The position numbers were made by a program, and so were the translations under genes. A stretch of 63,131 nucleotides of DNA, counting the filler. It is 4 parts of 4 records of this genome, joined end to end, with 100 filler letters (N's around TTAATTAATTAA, not from the genome) between each part and the next. Parts side by side here need not be neighbours in the genome. Positions count along the whole stretch, not along the records: positions 1 to 21,436 come from SRR31156797_920; 3 more parts are not named here. One strand, 5' to 3'. Each line of letters starts with the position of its first letter. Positions within the stretch are counted from its first letter, which is position 1. The notes beneath the pieces were generated by a model. That model was given only the letters and a program-made list of their open reading frames with translations, did no database searches and was not told the DNA's origin. Below, piece after piece: positions 9,385-18,517 of the stretch.

Positions 9385-10444
9385 AGCAGAAGGAAAACAG
9401 AAATTTGAAAACGCCAAACGGAACAAGTTGCAACAGGAAAAACCGCTGGTGTACGAAAAGATCATCAAACTGGCGGACATGGAAAAAAGGGGAGAATGCA
9501 CCTCCCGCATCGACATCGGGTACAACTACGCCTGCAACCTGAAGTGCAAACATTGCATGGCGAACACCTTTCAGAAAAAAGATCGATCCCTTACCCCCGC
9601 GGACATGCGCAGCATCGCCGAACAGGCTGACGCCCTCGGTTGGTGCCAGTTTAACATCTCCGGCGGCGAGCCCTTGATTTTGAAAAACTTTGATGAGGTT
9701 TTGGAGGCCTTGATGCCTGAAAAATTTCATATCGGCATCAGCACCAACGGCTATTACCTGACCGCCGAAAAGGCCAAGCATCTGAAATCGATCGGTTTGG
9801 ACAAGGTCATGATAAGCCTTGACAGCTATGACGAAGCGCTCCACAACGCAAACCGCGCAAATGACGGTGCCTATGAAAAAGCTGTAAACGCCATCTGGAA
9901 CGCGCGGAACGCCGGCCTCGACACCATCATACAGCATGTAATCACCCATGAAAACGCCAGAACGGAGAACACTGTTAAACTGGCTAAATTCTCACAAGAA
10001 AACGGGTTTTCCCTGGATCTGGTCATTGCCAAGGCCATCGGCCAGTGGGAGGGACGGCATGACGTCCTCATTGACGCCGGGGACGCTAAATTTCTGCGTG
10101 AACTCAACAAGGAATACCCGGTGGCCCGTAGGGACGTATTTCCTTCCTACGGCATGCGCGGTGGGTGCGGCGTTCTGAAAAAATGCTTCCACATTTCCCA
10201 GTACGGCGACGTGTTCCCGTGCGTCTTCATGCATGTGACCATCGGCAATATCTTTGAGGACTCCTTGAAAACCATTGTGGACCGCGGAATGGGGATCAGA
10301 CACTTCAAGGATTTCTCCCCCATCTGTCTGACGGGAGAAAACCGCGACTTCATAAAAAAATACATGTCCAGGTTTTACGGCAAACCGCTGCCGGTGGATT
10401 ACCGCGAAGTATTCATTGACGAAGACGACTTTGTCAGGGAATGA
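9377..10444 (+). CDS. Radical SAM protein with SPASM/twitch-like C-terminus
   Basis: CNLKCKHC, SGGEP, ISTNG, ISLDS; C-terminal GCG...HISQYGDVFPC...IGNI. Confidence 0.9.
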   Translation: MAEAEGKQKFENAKRNKLQQEKPLVYEKIIKLADMEKRGECTSRIDIGYNYACNLKCKHCMANTFQKKDRSLTPADMRSIAEQADALGWCQFNISGGEPLILKNFDEVLEALMPEKFHIGISTNGYYLTAEKAKHLKSIGLDKVMISLDSYDEALHNANRANDGAYEKAVNAIWNARNAGLDTIIQHVITHENARTENTVKLAKFSQENGFSLDLVIAKAIGQWEGRHDVLIDAGDAKFLRELNKEYPVARRDVFPSYGMRGGCGVLKKCFHISQYGDVFPCVFMHVTIGNIFEDSLKTIVDRGMGIRHFKDFSPICLTGENRDFIKKYMSRFYGKPLPVDYREVFIDEDDFVRE

Positions 10445-11421
10445 AAATGGCTGCGATTAAACAATATTCCCATCTGAAAGAGAACCGGATCAGTCTGCGT
10501 GATGCCATACCCCTCGCCAAACCCTTTACGATTCTTTTCGAGCCGGCAAGCGTCTGCAATTTCAAATGTCTCTGCTGTTTTCATAACGAACCGGACATCA
10601 GCTCCCATCTCCCAAAGGGGCTCATGGAATTCGAGGATTTCAAAAAGATTGCGGACGATCTGGCGGAATGGGAAGGAGACAAACTCAAAGTCATCCGCAT
10701 CATCGGCTTCGGCGAACCGCTGATCAATCCGGACACTCCGCGGATGGTGAAATATCTAAAAAAGCTGGACGTGGCCGAAAGGATCGAAATCACCACCAAC
10801 GCTTCCCTGATGACGCCGAAACGCTCACTGCAACTGATCGATTCGGGGCTTGATTACATTCGGTGTTCCATATATGCCGTTGATCAAGAAAAGCATGAGG
10901 CTTTGACCCAAAACAGAATCAGCATTGAAAAGATTAAGAAAAACATCGCGACGTTAAAAGAATTGCGCGATACAGCCGGCGCTTCGAAACCATTCATTTA
11001 CATAAAGATGCTTGAAAACCGGAATAAACCGGAAAACAATTTCTTTCTGAAGGAATATGCTGCCGTTGCGGACGAGACGGCCATTGAAAAACCCCATCAA
11101 TGGTTGTCAAATAAAGGTTCCGCACCCGGAAAAATGCGGCGCGTCTGCCCCCAGCCCTTCAAAATGCTCAGCATTCATTTTAACGGCAACGTTATCCTTT
11201 GCGATCCCGACTGGAAGGGGAACACCTGCGTCGGGAACGCGCTTTCGGAAAAAATTTCTTCCATTTGGGGGGGGTGCAAAATGCATGAATTCTGGAGGAT
11301 GCAGCTTGAAAACAGACGGCACGAAAATAAAAGCTGTCGGAACTGCTCCTTCCTCATGGATGAATACGCCATCGACGACCTTGACGGCGTTTCACCCCAT
11401 GTACTGGTTGCCGGGCGATAG
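10441..11421 (+). CDS. Radical SAM/SPASM-type protein (type A, paralog of 13786-14796)
   Basis: CNFKCLCC, GFGEPL, ITTNASL; C-terminal CPQPF...GNVILC...CRNC. Confidence 0.9.
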   Translation: MKMAAIKQYSHLKENRISLRDAIPLAKPFTILFEPASVCNFKCLCCFHNEPDISSHLPKGLMEFEDFKKIADDLAEWEGDKLKVIRIIGFGEPLINPDTPRMVKYLKKLDVAERIEITTNASLMTPKRSLQLIDSGLDYIRCSIYAVDQEKHEALTQNRISIEKIKKNIATLKELRDTAGASKPFIYIKMLENRNKPENNFFLKEYAAVADETAIEKPHQWLSNKGSAPGKMRRVCPQPFKMLSIHFNGNVILCDPDWKGNTCVGNALSEKISSIWGGCKMHEFWRMQLENRRHENKSCRNCSFLMDEYAIDDLDGVSPHVLVAGR

Positions 11422-11423
11422 AA

Positions 11424-12599
11424 ATGAATTTCCTTGAAACAGTCACCACCAGTTCCAAGCCGGTTGTTGTTTTCGGAGCCTCCGTCATGGGAAAGATTCT
11501 TCTTGATGCCCTTGACTTATTGAACGTCCGGCCCGTCTGTTTCTGCGATAACGACCTTCGAAAGCAACAAAAGCCGTTTCACGGGTATAAAGTAATCTCT
11601 TTTAAAAAACTCTGCGCGGATCATTCGGAAGCGCTTATGGTCATTGCCGCGGGGCGTTATTTCAACGAAATCAGAGATCAGCTTTCAAATGCCGGGTTTA
11701 TGAAGGTTTTTAGTGATTCGGATGTCATCGGCAGTATTGATTTCAAAAACACGCCCCATTCAAGGCTAAAAAAAATCATTTGGCACCTGGCCAAGCTGGG
11801 AAAGCTTGGCGAAATAATGGACCTGCCCGTCGACGGCCTTCATGTGCCAAGACTGAACGTGGTTGTTACATCGCGCTGCACTTTGAAGTGCAGACATTGC
11901 TCCAGTTTAATGCCCCACTATGGGACGTCATCGGATTTCGACACATCCATAATCCTGGCTTCACTGGATCGCCTATTCGCATGTACGGACCTGATCTATC
12001 ATGTGGAACTCCTGGGCGGCGAACCTTTCTTAAACAGAAACCTTTTTGTAATCGTAAAGCATCTATTGAATTCGAAACGCATCCTTCATATAGACGTTAT
12101 TACAAACGGAACGGTTCTGCCGCCGGACAGGGTTCTGGATTCCTTGAAACACGACGCCGTAAGCGTGGTTATCGACGATTACGAAAAATTATCGTATAAA
12201 ATAGAAGTGTTATCGGAAAATCTGGAACGTAGAGGCATCGATTTTCACGTCAACAGACACTGGGCATGGGCGGATCTCGGCGGCTTTGAACCCAGGCATC
12301 GCACTGAAAAACAGTTGACGCGACGATTTAACCAATGCAATTTCAACACCTGCACTGAACTGATCGAGGGGAAACTGCACCGCTGTCCACGCTCATCGCA
12401 CGGCACGCGGACGGGGGTCATCCCCGAATACCCCGAAGACTTCCTCAACATCCAGGATGCGTCCGTAAACATTGATGGTCTGAAGGAACAGCTCAAAGCC
12501 TTTCTTCATGATAAGAAATTCATTCGCGCTTGCGATCATTGCGACGGGAACAACAGCGCGTCGCTTATGCTGACGCCCGCGGAGCAACAAAAAAGGTGA
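11424..12599 (+). CDS. Radical SAM protein with N-terminal Rossmann-like module (type B, paralog of 15833-17113)
   Basis: N-terminal VVVFGAS...FCDND..KQ...HGYKV; CTLKCRHC; LLGGEPFL; ITNGT; C-terminal GKLHRC...ACDHC. Confidence 0.88.
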   Translation: MNFLETVTTSSKPVVVFGASVMGKILLDALDLLNVRPVCFCDNDLRKQQKPFHGYKVISFKKLCADHSEALMVIAAGRYFNEIRDQLSNAGFMKVFSDSDVIGSIDFKNTPHSRLKKIIWHLAKLGKLGEIMDLPVDGLHVPRLNVVVTSRCTLKCRHCSSLMPHYGTSSDFDTSIILASLDRLFACTDLIYHVELLGGEPFLNRNLFVIVKHLLNSKRILHIDVITNGTVLPPDRVLDSLKHDAVSVVIDDYEKLSYKIEVLSENLERRGIDFHVNRHWAWADLGGFEPRHRTEKQLTRRFNQCNFNTCTELIEGKLHRCPRSSHGTRTGVIPEYPEDFLNIQDASVNIDGLKEQLKAFLHDKKFIRACDHCDGNNSASLMLTPAEQQKR

Positions 12600-12605
12600 G
12601 AGACC

Positions 12606-13757
12606 ATGACTGACAAAAAAAAATGCCGGGCGTGCGGAAATAAGTTCGGCGAAGAAAGCCTTCTTCGCCTGCCGGATATGCCAGGCGCCGTCCAAAACCT
12701 ACCCGACCATAAAGATGAGGCCATTGCTTCCGGTGTTGTTCTGGATGTAAGAGAATGCTCCCATTGCGGGCTGGTACAGCTTAACAACGATCCCGTCCCC
12801 TATTATAAAGACGTTATCAGGGCGGCAAGTTCTTCGCCCTCCATGAGGGCGCGGCAACATGATGAGTTCAAAGCATTCATTGAACGATTTTCCCTCGAAG
12901 GGAAAAACATTCTGGAAATCGGGTCCGGACGCGGAGAATACCTTTCCATTCTAAAGGAACTCCCCGTCAAGGCCTACGGCATGGAACATAACCGGGAATT
13001 CAGCGAAATCGCAAATGAGAAGGGGTTGAAGACTTTCCGGGCATATCCAACGGATGTGCGGGGACCGGTGGGCGGAATATTGTTCGACGCTTTCATTTCA
13101 ATCAATTTCCTCGAGCATGCGCCTGATCCTGGCGCCTTTCTGCGCGCCTCGGCCAATCTCTTAACGGAAAACGGGGTCGGAATGATCGGTGTTCCCGACT
13201 TTGAATTCGAGTTGAAGGATAATTTCCTTTTCAGTTTCATGAGTGACCACCTCTCTTATTTTTCAACCCATTCCCTGCGCAACACCTTGACATTTAACGG
13301 TTTTGAAGTCATTGACATATTCAGGAACAAAAAGCTGAATGTGGTGACGGCATATTTCAGAAAGCCCTGCCAATGCGACCTTTCAGTCCCCAAGGATAGA
13401 TTTTTTAATTTCAACCAACAGATTAACGACTATATGGATTCGATTCTGAAAAACGGTGGACGGATCGCCCTTTGGGGCGCCAGTCACCTGGCTTTCAGCA
13501 TCATTTCGGCATCAAAAACAGCCAATAAGATTTCATACATCGTTGATTCCGCGCCTTTTAAGCAGGGAAAATTTTCACCGGCATCCGGGTTGGCGATATT
13601 TCCGCCGCAATATTTGTCCGAAGATCCCGTTGATGCCGTTATTGTCATGTGTCCTGAATATTCAGACGAGATCGTGTCAAGCATTAGGGAAAATTTCTCT
13701 CAAGCGGTTAAAAATATTGCAACGTTTATAAATGGTAAGATTCAGATAGTATTATGA
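12606..13757 (+). CDS. NDP-sugar C-methyltransferase-like class I SAM methyltransferase
   Basis: N-terminal CRAC...CSHCGLVQL zinc module; LEIGSGRG SAM motif; FLEHAPDP; DHLSYF; C-terminal WGASH...IVDSAPFKQGK (C-methyltransferase C-terminal domain). Confidence 0.82.
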   Translation: MTDKKKCRACGNKFGEESLLRLPDMPGAVQNLPDHKDEAIASGVVLDVRECSHCGLVQLNNDPVPYYKDVIRAASSSPSMRARQHDEFKAFIERFSLEGKNILEIGSGRGEYLSILKELPVKAYGMEHNREFSEIANEKGLKTFRAYPTDVRGPVGGILFDAFISINFLEHAPDPGAFLRASANLLTENGVGMIGVPDFEFELKDNFLFSFMSDHLSYFSTHSLRNTLTFNGFEVIDIFRNKKLNVVTAYFRKPCQCDLSVPKDRFFNFNQQINDYMDSILKNGGRIALWGASHLAFSIISASKTANKISYIVDSAPFKQGKFSPASGLAIFPPQYLSEDPVDAVIVMCPEYSDEIVSSIRENFSQAVKNIATFINGKIQIVL

Positions 13758-13785
13758 TAATTGATACGCAATAGGAGTTTTTATA

Positions 13786-14796
13786 ATGGCCGAAATAAAA
13801 GATAAAAAAGCCACTGAAAGAACGAGGCTTGAAACTGTAATACCCCTTGAAACGCCTTTCGAATTACAGTTGGCCGTCGCAAGCAACTGCAACTTCAAAT
13901 GTATTTTTTGTCCTTGTTCCGACATAAAATCATTAAGAAAGGCAAATGTTAAAAAGGGAATTATGAATTTTGACCTTTATAAAAAGATAATTGACGATCT
14001 TGATGAATTCCCTGAAAAAATAAAAGTTTTGCGTTTGATGAGAGAAGGCGAACCGTTGTTAAATAAAAGGTTCCCCGACATGGTGCGCTACGCTAAAAAA
14101 AAGCAGCCTTCCGTGAAGGTTGACACAACAACCAATGCAAGTCTCCTGACGCCGGAATTTTCGGATGACATCATAGACTCCGGGCTGGATAAAATAGGGA
14201 TTTCACTCCAAGGCATGAACGCTGAAGCTTATAAAAGGGTTTCCGGCGTCGACATTGATTTTGACAGATTCATGGAAAATGTGATTTATTTTTGTGAAAA
14301 TCGAAAGAACTGTAAAGTCTTTATCAAGGTGCCGGACATCGGCGTTAATGAAGCCGAGGAAAAGGCTTTTTTTCAATTGTTTGATCAGTATGCCGACGAA
14401 ATGTTCGTGGAACGGATTTTTCCCGCATGGCCCAATTTTGAGGTTTCACACGTCAAAAAAAATGACGGCATCGGATACTATGGCCGTCCGGTTCTTGACG
14501 CACCGGTTAAAGTCTGCACGTTGCCGTTCTATGATTTGACGGTTTCCCATGAAGGGATCGTTACCGCATGTTCCATTGATTGGGAACAAAAAACCAATTT
14601 GGGCGATGTCAGCAACCATAGTTTATACAAAATCTGGAACGGAAAACGTTTTAACGATTTCAGACGGATGCAATTAAAGGGAAACAGACGTCAAGATTTG
14701 TTGTGTGGAAAATGCGACTCGCTGGAGTATTGCGAGCCTGATATCATTGATGATTACAGTGATATGTTGCTTGAAAAATACGAAACTTTGCCATAA
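13786..14796 (+). CDS. Radical SAM/SPASM-type protein (type A)
   Basis: CNFKCIFC, REGEPLL, TTTNASLL; C-terminal CTLPF...GIVTAC...CGKC. Confidence 0.9.
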   Translation: MAEIKDKKATERTRLETVIPLETPFELQLAVASNCNFKCIFCPCSDIKSLRKANVKKGIMNFDLYKKIIDDLDEFPEKIKVLRLMREGEPLLNKRFPDMVRYAKKKQPSVKVDTTTNASLLTPEFSDDIIDSGLDKIGISLQGMNAEAYKRVSGVDIDFDRFMENVIYFCENRKNCKVFIKVPDIGVNEAEEKAFFQLFDQYADEMFVERIFPAWPNFEVSHVKKNDGIGYYGRPVLDAPVKVCTLPFYDLTVSHEGIVTACSIDWEQKTNLGDVSNHSLYKIWNGKRFNDFRRMQLKGNRRQDLLCGKCDSLEYCEPDIIDDYSDMLLEKYETLP

Positions 14797-14863
14797 TTCC
14801 TGTGAAGACTTTGCGCCATAAGGTCAAATTTTTTCAGTTGCACACAATAGGAGAAGATTCATA

Positions 14864-15781
14864 ATGCGGAACAAGCGGATATTCATCACCGGTGGAACCG
14901 GATTCTTCGGAAAAAGCATCATACGCCACTGCCGTGAAATAAAGGAAAATAATATCGTCATTCTTTCCCGCAACCCTGAAAAGCGAAAAGAAGAGTTTAA
15001 AGATCTGTTGAAGGATGGGTTGAGCGCCAATATAGATTTTTTGGGTGGAGACGTCAGGAATTTCGACTTTCCGGAAGGCGATTTCGACTATATTATCCAC
15101 GGCGCCGCGACTTCAGGCAAAATAATACCGGACAATGAAATGCTTTCAGTGGTGATTGACGGCACAAAGCGTGTTCTTGAATTCGCGTCGAACAACGCAC
15201 ATCTTTCCAATCTGCTTTATGTCAGTTCCGGCGCCGTTTACGGGAACAAACATAATGTTCCCTTAGGTGAGGATTTATCCTGCGAACCGGTCAACGTCTA
15301 TGGCCGGTCCAAACTGGAAGCTGAAAAACAATGCATTGATTCCGGAATCCCTTGCAGCATCGCCCGCTGCTTCGCTTTCGTCGGCGAATACCTGCCCCTG
15401 GATGAGCACTTTGCCATCGGTAATTTTATTCGTGACTGCCTAGACAATCAGCCCATCATCATCAAAGGGGACGGTTCGCCCATTCGGACCTATCTTTATT
15501 CAGGCGACCTTGCCCATTGGCTATGGATTATATTGCTTAACGGCAAACCCGGACGGATCTATAACGTCGGTTCTGATCAGGAAGTTTCAATCGGCGGACT
15601 GGCCGATATTGTTCGAAAGGCCGCGGGAACAGCCAACGAAATAAAGATCTTATCGCCACCCTCAGACGAAAATCCACACCGCTATTCACCGGATATATCA
15701 CGAATTCGCCGTGAACTCGGGCTCAAGGAAGAAACCTCCCTTGATCAGGCAATCCGTTTAACGCTCGCACATCATGTTTAA
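14864..15781 (+). CDS. NAD-dependent epimerase/dehydratase/reductase (extended SDR)
   Basis: ITGGTGFFG, IHGAA, SSGAVYG, YGRSK (YxxxK), ARCFAFVG. Confidence 0.9.
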   Translation: MRNKRIFITGGTGFFGKSIIRHCREIKENNIVILSRNPEKRKEEFKDLLKDGLSANIDFLGGDVRNFDFPEGDFDYIIHGAATSGKIIPDNEMLSVVIDGTKRVLEFASNNAHLSNLLYVSSGAVYGNKHNVPLGEDLSCEPVNVYGRSKLEAEKQCIDSGIPCSIARCFAFVGEYLPLDEHFAIGNFIRDCLDNQPIIIKGDGSPIRTYLYSGDLAHWLWIILLNGKPGRIYNVGSDQEVSIGGLADIVRKAAGTANEIKILSPPSDENPHRYSPDISRIRRELGLKEETSLDQAIRLTLAHHV

Positions 15782-15832
15782 GCGCTTTTATTTACCCGGG
15801 CGTTTTGCATCAAAACAGAAAAGGTACCGATC

Positions 15833-17113
15833 ATGTCTGCCGATAACACTTTTGCCGGATACAATTTAGAACGCATTCTTTCTTACGATGTTGACGGTCT
15901 TACAAGCGAAATGAGATCGCGATCTTCGTCGGTCGTCCTGTTTGGTGCGGGCCTGATCGCCAGATATGCTTTAACCGCTCTAAAATCGCACGACGTCCGG
16001 GTGGATTACGTTTGCGACAGCGACGAACGAAAACAGGGAAAGATTTTCTGTGGTTATGAAATCACGACGCTATCCAGCTTGGCGGCCACGACGCCTGACG
16101 CATTTGTTCTTATTTGCAGCAGTTCGCTCGGCCCGATGCTCTCAACTCTTGAATCCTTGGGCTTCAGGAATGTCTTTAGCTGTATCTCCATTTTTGAAAG
16201 AACGAATTTTTCAAAGTTATATTTTAGCAAGGATGATCTAAAACATATCGGTACAGCCGGGATTGACCGCGATATCCAAATATATTGCCTCGAGTTGAGA
16301 CAGTTTGCCAATAAAAACAGACCTGACGGGCTTAAATTGCCAATCATCGACATCGTCGTCACGGAAGCCTGCTCCATGAAGTGCAAAGATTGCTCAAACC
16401 TGATGCAATACTACGCCCACCCGAAACACTGCCGATTAAATGTTCTTTTTGAATCGATTGATAAAATAATGAAATCCGTGGATTGGGTTTCCGAATTTCG
16501 TGTCATTGGGGGGGAGCCATTTTTAAATAAAAATATTGGAAAAGTAATCGAAAAACTTCTTGAATACGATAACGCGGACAAAATTGTAATATATACAAAC
16601 GCTACAATCGTGCCAAAAGGAAATAATTTGCAATGTTTGAAAAACAGCAGGGTTCAAATTGACATAACCAATTACGGCCTCCTTTCCAGAAAATATGATG
16701 AATTATCCAAAATATTTGAAATCGAAGGCATATCTTACGCCACCAAAATACCTAAATGGACAGATTCAGGTAGGATATTGCCCTGCCAACAAAAATCAAG
16801 AGAACAAATTGAGGATTTGTTCTTTAAATGTTGTACGAATGATGTTTTCACACTTCTACATGGAAAACTCTATCACTGTGCATTCTCCGCTCATGCAATG
16901 AATCTAAAGGCGATCCCCCTTAATGGAGAAGATGTAATTGACGTTAACGAGGAATCAGAGGGACATGGATTGCGTCATAAAATAGACCAGTTTTATAAGA
17001 AAAAAAATTGCTTAACGGCTTGCTCCTATTGCAGTGGACGCGATTACAGTACGCCATTTATCGAACCTGCCATACAAACAAAAAAACCGCTGCCCTTACC
17101 CACAAATTCCTAA
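15833..17113 (+). CDS. Radical SAM protein with N-terminal Rossmann-like module (type B)
   Basis: VVLFGAG...VCDSD..KQG..FCGYEI; CSMKCKDC; IGGEPFL; YTNAT; GKLYHC...ACSYC. Confidence 0.88.
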   Translation: MSADNTFAGYNLERILSYDVDGLTSEMRSRSSSVVLFGAGLIARYALTALKSHDVRVDYVCDSDERKQGKIFCGYEITTLSSLAATTPDAFVLICSSSLGPMLSTLESLGFRNVFSCISIFERTNFSKLYFSKDDLKHIGTAGIDRDIQIYCLELRQFANKNRPDGLKLPIIDIVVTEACSMKCKDCSNLMQYYAHPKHCRLNVLFESIDKIMKSVDWVSEFRVIGGEPFLNKNIGKVIEKLLEYDNADKIVIYTNATIVPKGNNLQCLKNSRVQIDITNYGLLSRKYDELSKIFEIEGISYATKIPKWTDSGRILPCQQKSREQIEDLFFKCCTNDVFTLLHGKLYHCAFSAHAMNLKAIPLNGEDVIDVNEESEGHGLRHKIDQFYKKKNCLTACSYCSGRDYSTPFIEPAIQTKKPLPLPTNS

Positions 17114-17130
17114 TCATTTTAAATTTATAG

Positions 17131-18450
17131 ATGCCGTTATTCAGCATTATCATTCCGGTCTTTAATGACGAGAACAATTTGACGTCAGCTGTTGAGAGCG
17201 TGTTGCGTCAAGGTTGTGACGATTGTGAATTGATCATTATTAACGATGCATCGACCGATAACAGTGGTTTGGCGGCCGAAAAACATGCTTGCCAATATCC
17301 ATGGGTCAAAGTCATTCATAATGAATCCAACCTGGGCGTTGCTGAAAGCAGAAACAGGGCTTTATCCGTTTCCACAGGCAACTATATCATCTTTTTAGAC
17401 AGCGACGATATGTTAATGGAAGATTGTCTTAGCGGCCTTGCCAAGATAATTGAAGAGCAACCGGATACGGAACTCATTGTTGGGAGATGGGTGAGAGAAC
17501 ATGGCGAGGCGTCAAACGCACGTATTTTTGAAAATCCGACCGTATTGCAATCCAACGACCCGACAATTCTGATAAAGCATTTAAACGACATAAATTATTT
17601 AAACTATGTATGTTGGCACTATGTCATTAAGCGAAAAGTCCTAATCGAAAAACAACTGCGGTTCCTCAATGTGAGGATCGCCGAAGATCAAGAATTTGTC
17701 GCAAGGCTTCTTTGTTCCGTTGCGTCCGTTTCCTATTTTGACCAACCGATGTACTTGTATAGGGGAACGGGGAGAATTTCCAGATCCATGGATTTAAATA
17801 CGAGTATCGGTTTCATGGAAATCATTATTTCGCTAGGGAAGTTCATCAAAAAAAACAGACAATTAAGATCCGAACAGAAAAAGTTTGTCTTTTTGAGAAT
17901 GGGAAGTGTGAACGGAATGCTTTCTGGACGTTTATCGCTCCTCAATGAGGAAGAAATTGAAAACCTGGAAGCATATCGGAAAGACGCTGTGCAGAGATGC
18001 TACGAACTCCATGATATTTTCAGGGACCTGAACCTACGCCACCTGGCTGACGGGAACGGTCGGGAATGTGGCATTCCGGACCTGAGACAGCAAGAGGAGG
18101 ATCGGGTGTTCGGCCTTCTGCATGGGGCAAATCCTACTCACGAACTGTTTATATTCTGCGCCTCAATCGACGCGGTTTCATTGGGCTATGGTCTGCGCGA
18201 AAAAGGTTATCAGGTTTTGGGTTTAATTGATAACAAACCGACATTGAACGGGACGGTCCAAGATGGATTTCCCGTTTTCGGCCCCGATAAATTCTCTTCG
18301 AGAGACAGGGAACAAAACCAAAATTGTATTGTTATTGTCTGCCATCAAAGCAAGGAAACATTTTGCGATATTGCAGAGCAATTGATGCGATACGGTTTAA
18401 ACAAGGAAAACATAAAGCATAGCAAACCGGTATGGTCGATGGTGGGTTGA
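17131..18450 (+). CDS. GT2 glycosyltransferase with C-terminal Rossmann-like module
   Basis: FSIIIPVFN, IIINDASTD, SRN, FLDSDD, AEDQEF; C-terminal LFIFCAS...LIDN...DGFPV. Confidence 0.88.
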   Translation: MPLFSIIIPVFNDENNLTSAVESVLRQGCDDCELIIINDASTDNSGLAAEKHACQYPWVKVIHNESNLGVAESRNRALSVSTGNYIIFLDSDDMLMEDCLSGLAKIIEEQPDTELIVGRWVREHGEASNARIFENPTVLQSNDPTILIKHLNDINYLNYVCWHYVIKRKVLIEKQLRFLNVRIAEDQEFVARLLCSVASVSYFDQPMYLYRGTGRISRSMDLNTSIGFMEIIISLGKFIKKNRQLRSEQKKFVFLRMGSVNGMLSGRLSLLNEEEIENLEAYRKDAVQRCYELHDIFRDLNLRHLADGNGRECGIPDLRQQEEDRVFGLLHGANPTHELFIFCASIDAVSLGYGLREKGYQVLGLIDNKPTLNGTVQDGFPVFGPDKFSSRDREQNQNCIVIVCHQSKETFCDIAEQLMRYGLNKENIKHSKPVWSMVG

Positions 18451-18517
18451 ACAGACGGCCGGGTCTGTCATTCGGTACATTCTTCAATTTTTAAAACTTT
18501 TTCGCTAGGAGTCAATC

